DNA from: Asterias rubens
Taxonomy: Eukaryota
Assembly: GCF_902459465.1 (NCBI RefSeq)
Contig: NC_047064.1
Coordinates: forward strand, 18,476,001-18,540,000
Direction of reading: 5' to 3'
Length of the DNA stretch: 64,000 nucleotides
Shown piece after piece: positions 62,078 to 64,000 of this stretch (within the stretch, counting starts at the first letter, position 1; the number at the start of each line of letters is the position of its first letter). The position numbers and the translations under genes were made by a program. The notes beneath the pieces are model-generated. The model did no database searches. It was not told the origin of the DNA and worked only from the letters and a program-made list of their open reading frames with translations.

Positions 62078-62105
62078 TATTGCAAGCCAGCTGAGGGAAA
62101 GCCCC
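62078..62105 (-). promoter_or_regulatory. DA6 kB + C/EBP-like module
   Basis: TATTGCAA ... GGGAAAGCCCC. Confidence 0.65.
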
Positions 62106-63302
62106 TTTCTATCATGTCTATCTTGGTAAAAGAGGAAATGACACATTTTGCAAAGCATTTTGCTCTGCTATACATGTGTACAAGGGAAACATGGTCACTG
62201 CTTAATCAAAAAGAAGCTGAGCACCCACCCAGTGGCGCAGTAGGTTAAAGACATTGGACACTATTGGTAATTGTCAAAGACCAGTCTTCTCACTTGGTGT
62301 ATCTCGACATATGCATAAAATAACAAACTTGTGAAAATTTGAGCTCAATCGGTCATCAAAGTTGCAAGATAGTAATGAAAGAAAAAACACGCTTGTCACA
62401 CAAATTGTTGTGCTTCCAGATGCTTGATTTTGAGACCTCAACTCTAAATTTGAGGTCCCGAAATCAAATTCATGGAAAAGTACTTCTTTCTCGAAAACTA
62501 CTCCACTTCAGAGGGAGCCATTTCTCACAATGTTGTACGCTATTAATGTCTCCCCATTACTCATTACCAAGTAAGGTTTTGTGCTGATAATATTGTTGAG
62601 TAATTACATTACATAGTGGGCCATCCAACCCCCCCCCCCCCCCCCCCCCCCCGGAAGTTGTTACTTACTTTTGATTTGTTGAAATTGAACAGGAAACAAC
62701 TAAAGGAAACAACTAAAGGAAAGACAAGAGGCTTTAAGTCTGATTTACAATTTATTTTGCTCTTAAAAAAAATCTGACAAATTGAGATTAAACTAAGCTC
62801 GAAATTTCTATTATCTTGTACTCAATAAAATATTCCTACTTTTTTTTCCCCAACAGACAACAGACCAAATTTAATGCCTGGAACATATTCAGATTTGTAA
62901 AACATGTCTTGAGGTTTTGCTGGCCATGAAAATAAAATGTTGTGTTTGCGATGTGTGTGTCAAATAAAGTTTCTTTATTAAAATCCTTATTAAAATCCTC
63001 CACTCTTTGTTCATGACATACACACAAACAAATTGAGGAATAGTAATTGAAATGATGAAAATATCAATAAATAATAAGTATCTATCGCACAATTAAACAT
63101 AACTATATTATCGCTAACAGAAGAGGGATTGCCCCGGTGTTTCTGGCAGTGGTTACTTATGGATGTACTGTGCCATTTATTAACTGTTCAGTGGGTCTCA
63201 TAATCAGAATCGAGAAAATGTCCCAAGTATTTATGAATCACTACATTCTACGACTCCTAAAGCAACAACAAAACAAACTCCAGACTGATTTGTGATTCAG
63301 AC

Positions 63303-64000
63303 CTACACGTATGTAAGAAATAACCTAATAATAATAATAATAATAATAATAATAAGACTTGTAATGCGCACATATCCACCCTGCTGGGTGTTCAAGGCGT
63401 TCTCCTCGTCATGAGAACTCTCCCCTTCCTCTTCCTCAGAACTTTCCTCCCCCTCCTCCTCCTCCCCCTCCCCCTCCTCCTCCTCTTCCTCACTTGAGTT
63501 CCTCAATCCAGATTCAACTTGGGCTCCCAATATCTCCTCATACCCTTCCCTTTGTATGTTAGCAAGTTTTTCTTGTTCAGTCTTGTCGTCATTCTCTCTC
63601 CACCATGTCCATTTATCAGAGTTTTTAATTATGTTTAAGTATTTAACTACTTTTGCTAATGACTCATACCCTGAATTATTCCGACGAATTTTCTCCAAAA
63701 CTGGGATTTTTTTTTGGTGAAAGTCTAGAATTGCTGTTATCACAGACTGCCATTTACCACTATTCATGGTTGCCAAGGTTATGCGCTGTTGATGCGTTAG
63801 CATTCTGAGGCCATCTCCGCCATCCTTGTATAACATGGCATAGTGGATGTGAAATTGAACAGAAGGGTGGATAATTATGAACTGTATGATTCGTTGTGCA
63901 CAATCAACACATGGCGAGTTATTGATGTAGAGTTCGTATTTTTTCATCAGAGGAACAGAGTCTTCAAATTCTAAGTTCCAACCACCAGACTCGTCCGACT
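63303..64000 (-). CDS. DA7: AID/APOBEC-like deaminase, 5'-partial at the window edge, poly-Glu tail
   Basis: Frame open from the window edge (SDESGGWNLEFEDSVPLMKKYELYINNSPCVDC...); very similar to DA5. The HxE motif lies outside the window. Confidence 0.85.
   Translation of the reverse strand, partial: SDESGGWNLEFEDSVPLMKKYELYINNSPCVDCAQRIIQFIIIHPSVQFHIHYAMLYKDGGDGLRMLTHQQRITLATMNSGKWQSVITAILDFHQKKIPVLEKIRRNNSGYESLAKVVKYLNIIKNSDKWTWWRENDDKTEQEKLANIQREGYEEILGAQVESGLRNSSEEEEEEGEGEEEEGEESSEEEEGESSHDEENALNTQQGGYVRITSLIIIIIIIIIRLFLTYV

Overview
AT-rich eukaryotic genomic DNA with spliceosomal introns and dense TE/MITE/SINE content; the repeat landscape suggests an invertebrate deuterostome such as a sea star, which is an unverified inference. 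No prokaryotic features, CRISPR arrays, rRNA or true tRNA genes. (1) On the + strand, ten GT-AG exons (6704-17691, 1098 nt, 366 codons) encode the N-terminal ~60% of ATIC/PurH. I found none of the remaining ~225 codons in the next 46 kb. (2) On the - strand from 22.1 kb to the window end lies a tandem array of at least seven AID/APOBEC-like zinc-dependent deaminase genes (DA1-DA7; DA7 is cut by the window edge). DA1-DA6 have intact HxE and SPCxxC motifs, a short non-coding first exon and an intron-less coding exon. They share a promoter module with an NF-kB-type site beside a C/EBP-like site. The paralogues differ strongly in their predicted substrate loops, and most carry very different low-complexity C-terminal tails, some built from captured repeats. 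(3) A Penelope-like retroelement with an open RT + GIY-YIG ORF and a hammerhead ribozyme motif sits in sense orientation in intron 1 of DA1. Further hammerhead-bearing palindromic mini-elements, MITEs, SINEs, a solo LTR and minisatellites are scattered throughout. Best candidate novel system: a putatively immune-inducible, fast-diversifying deaminase array with variable disordered tails, probably nested antisense inside an ATIC intron.
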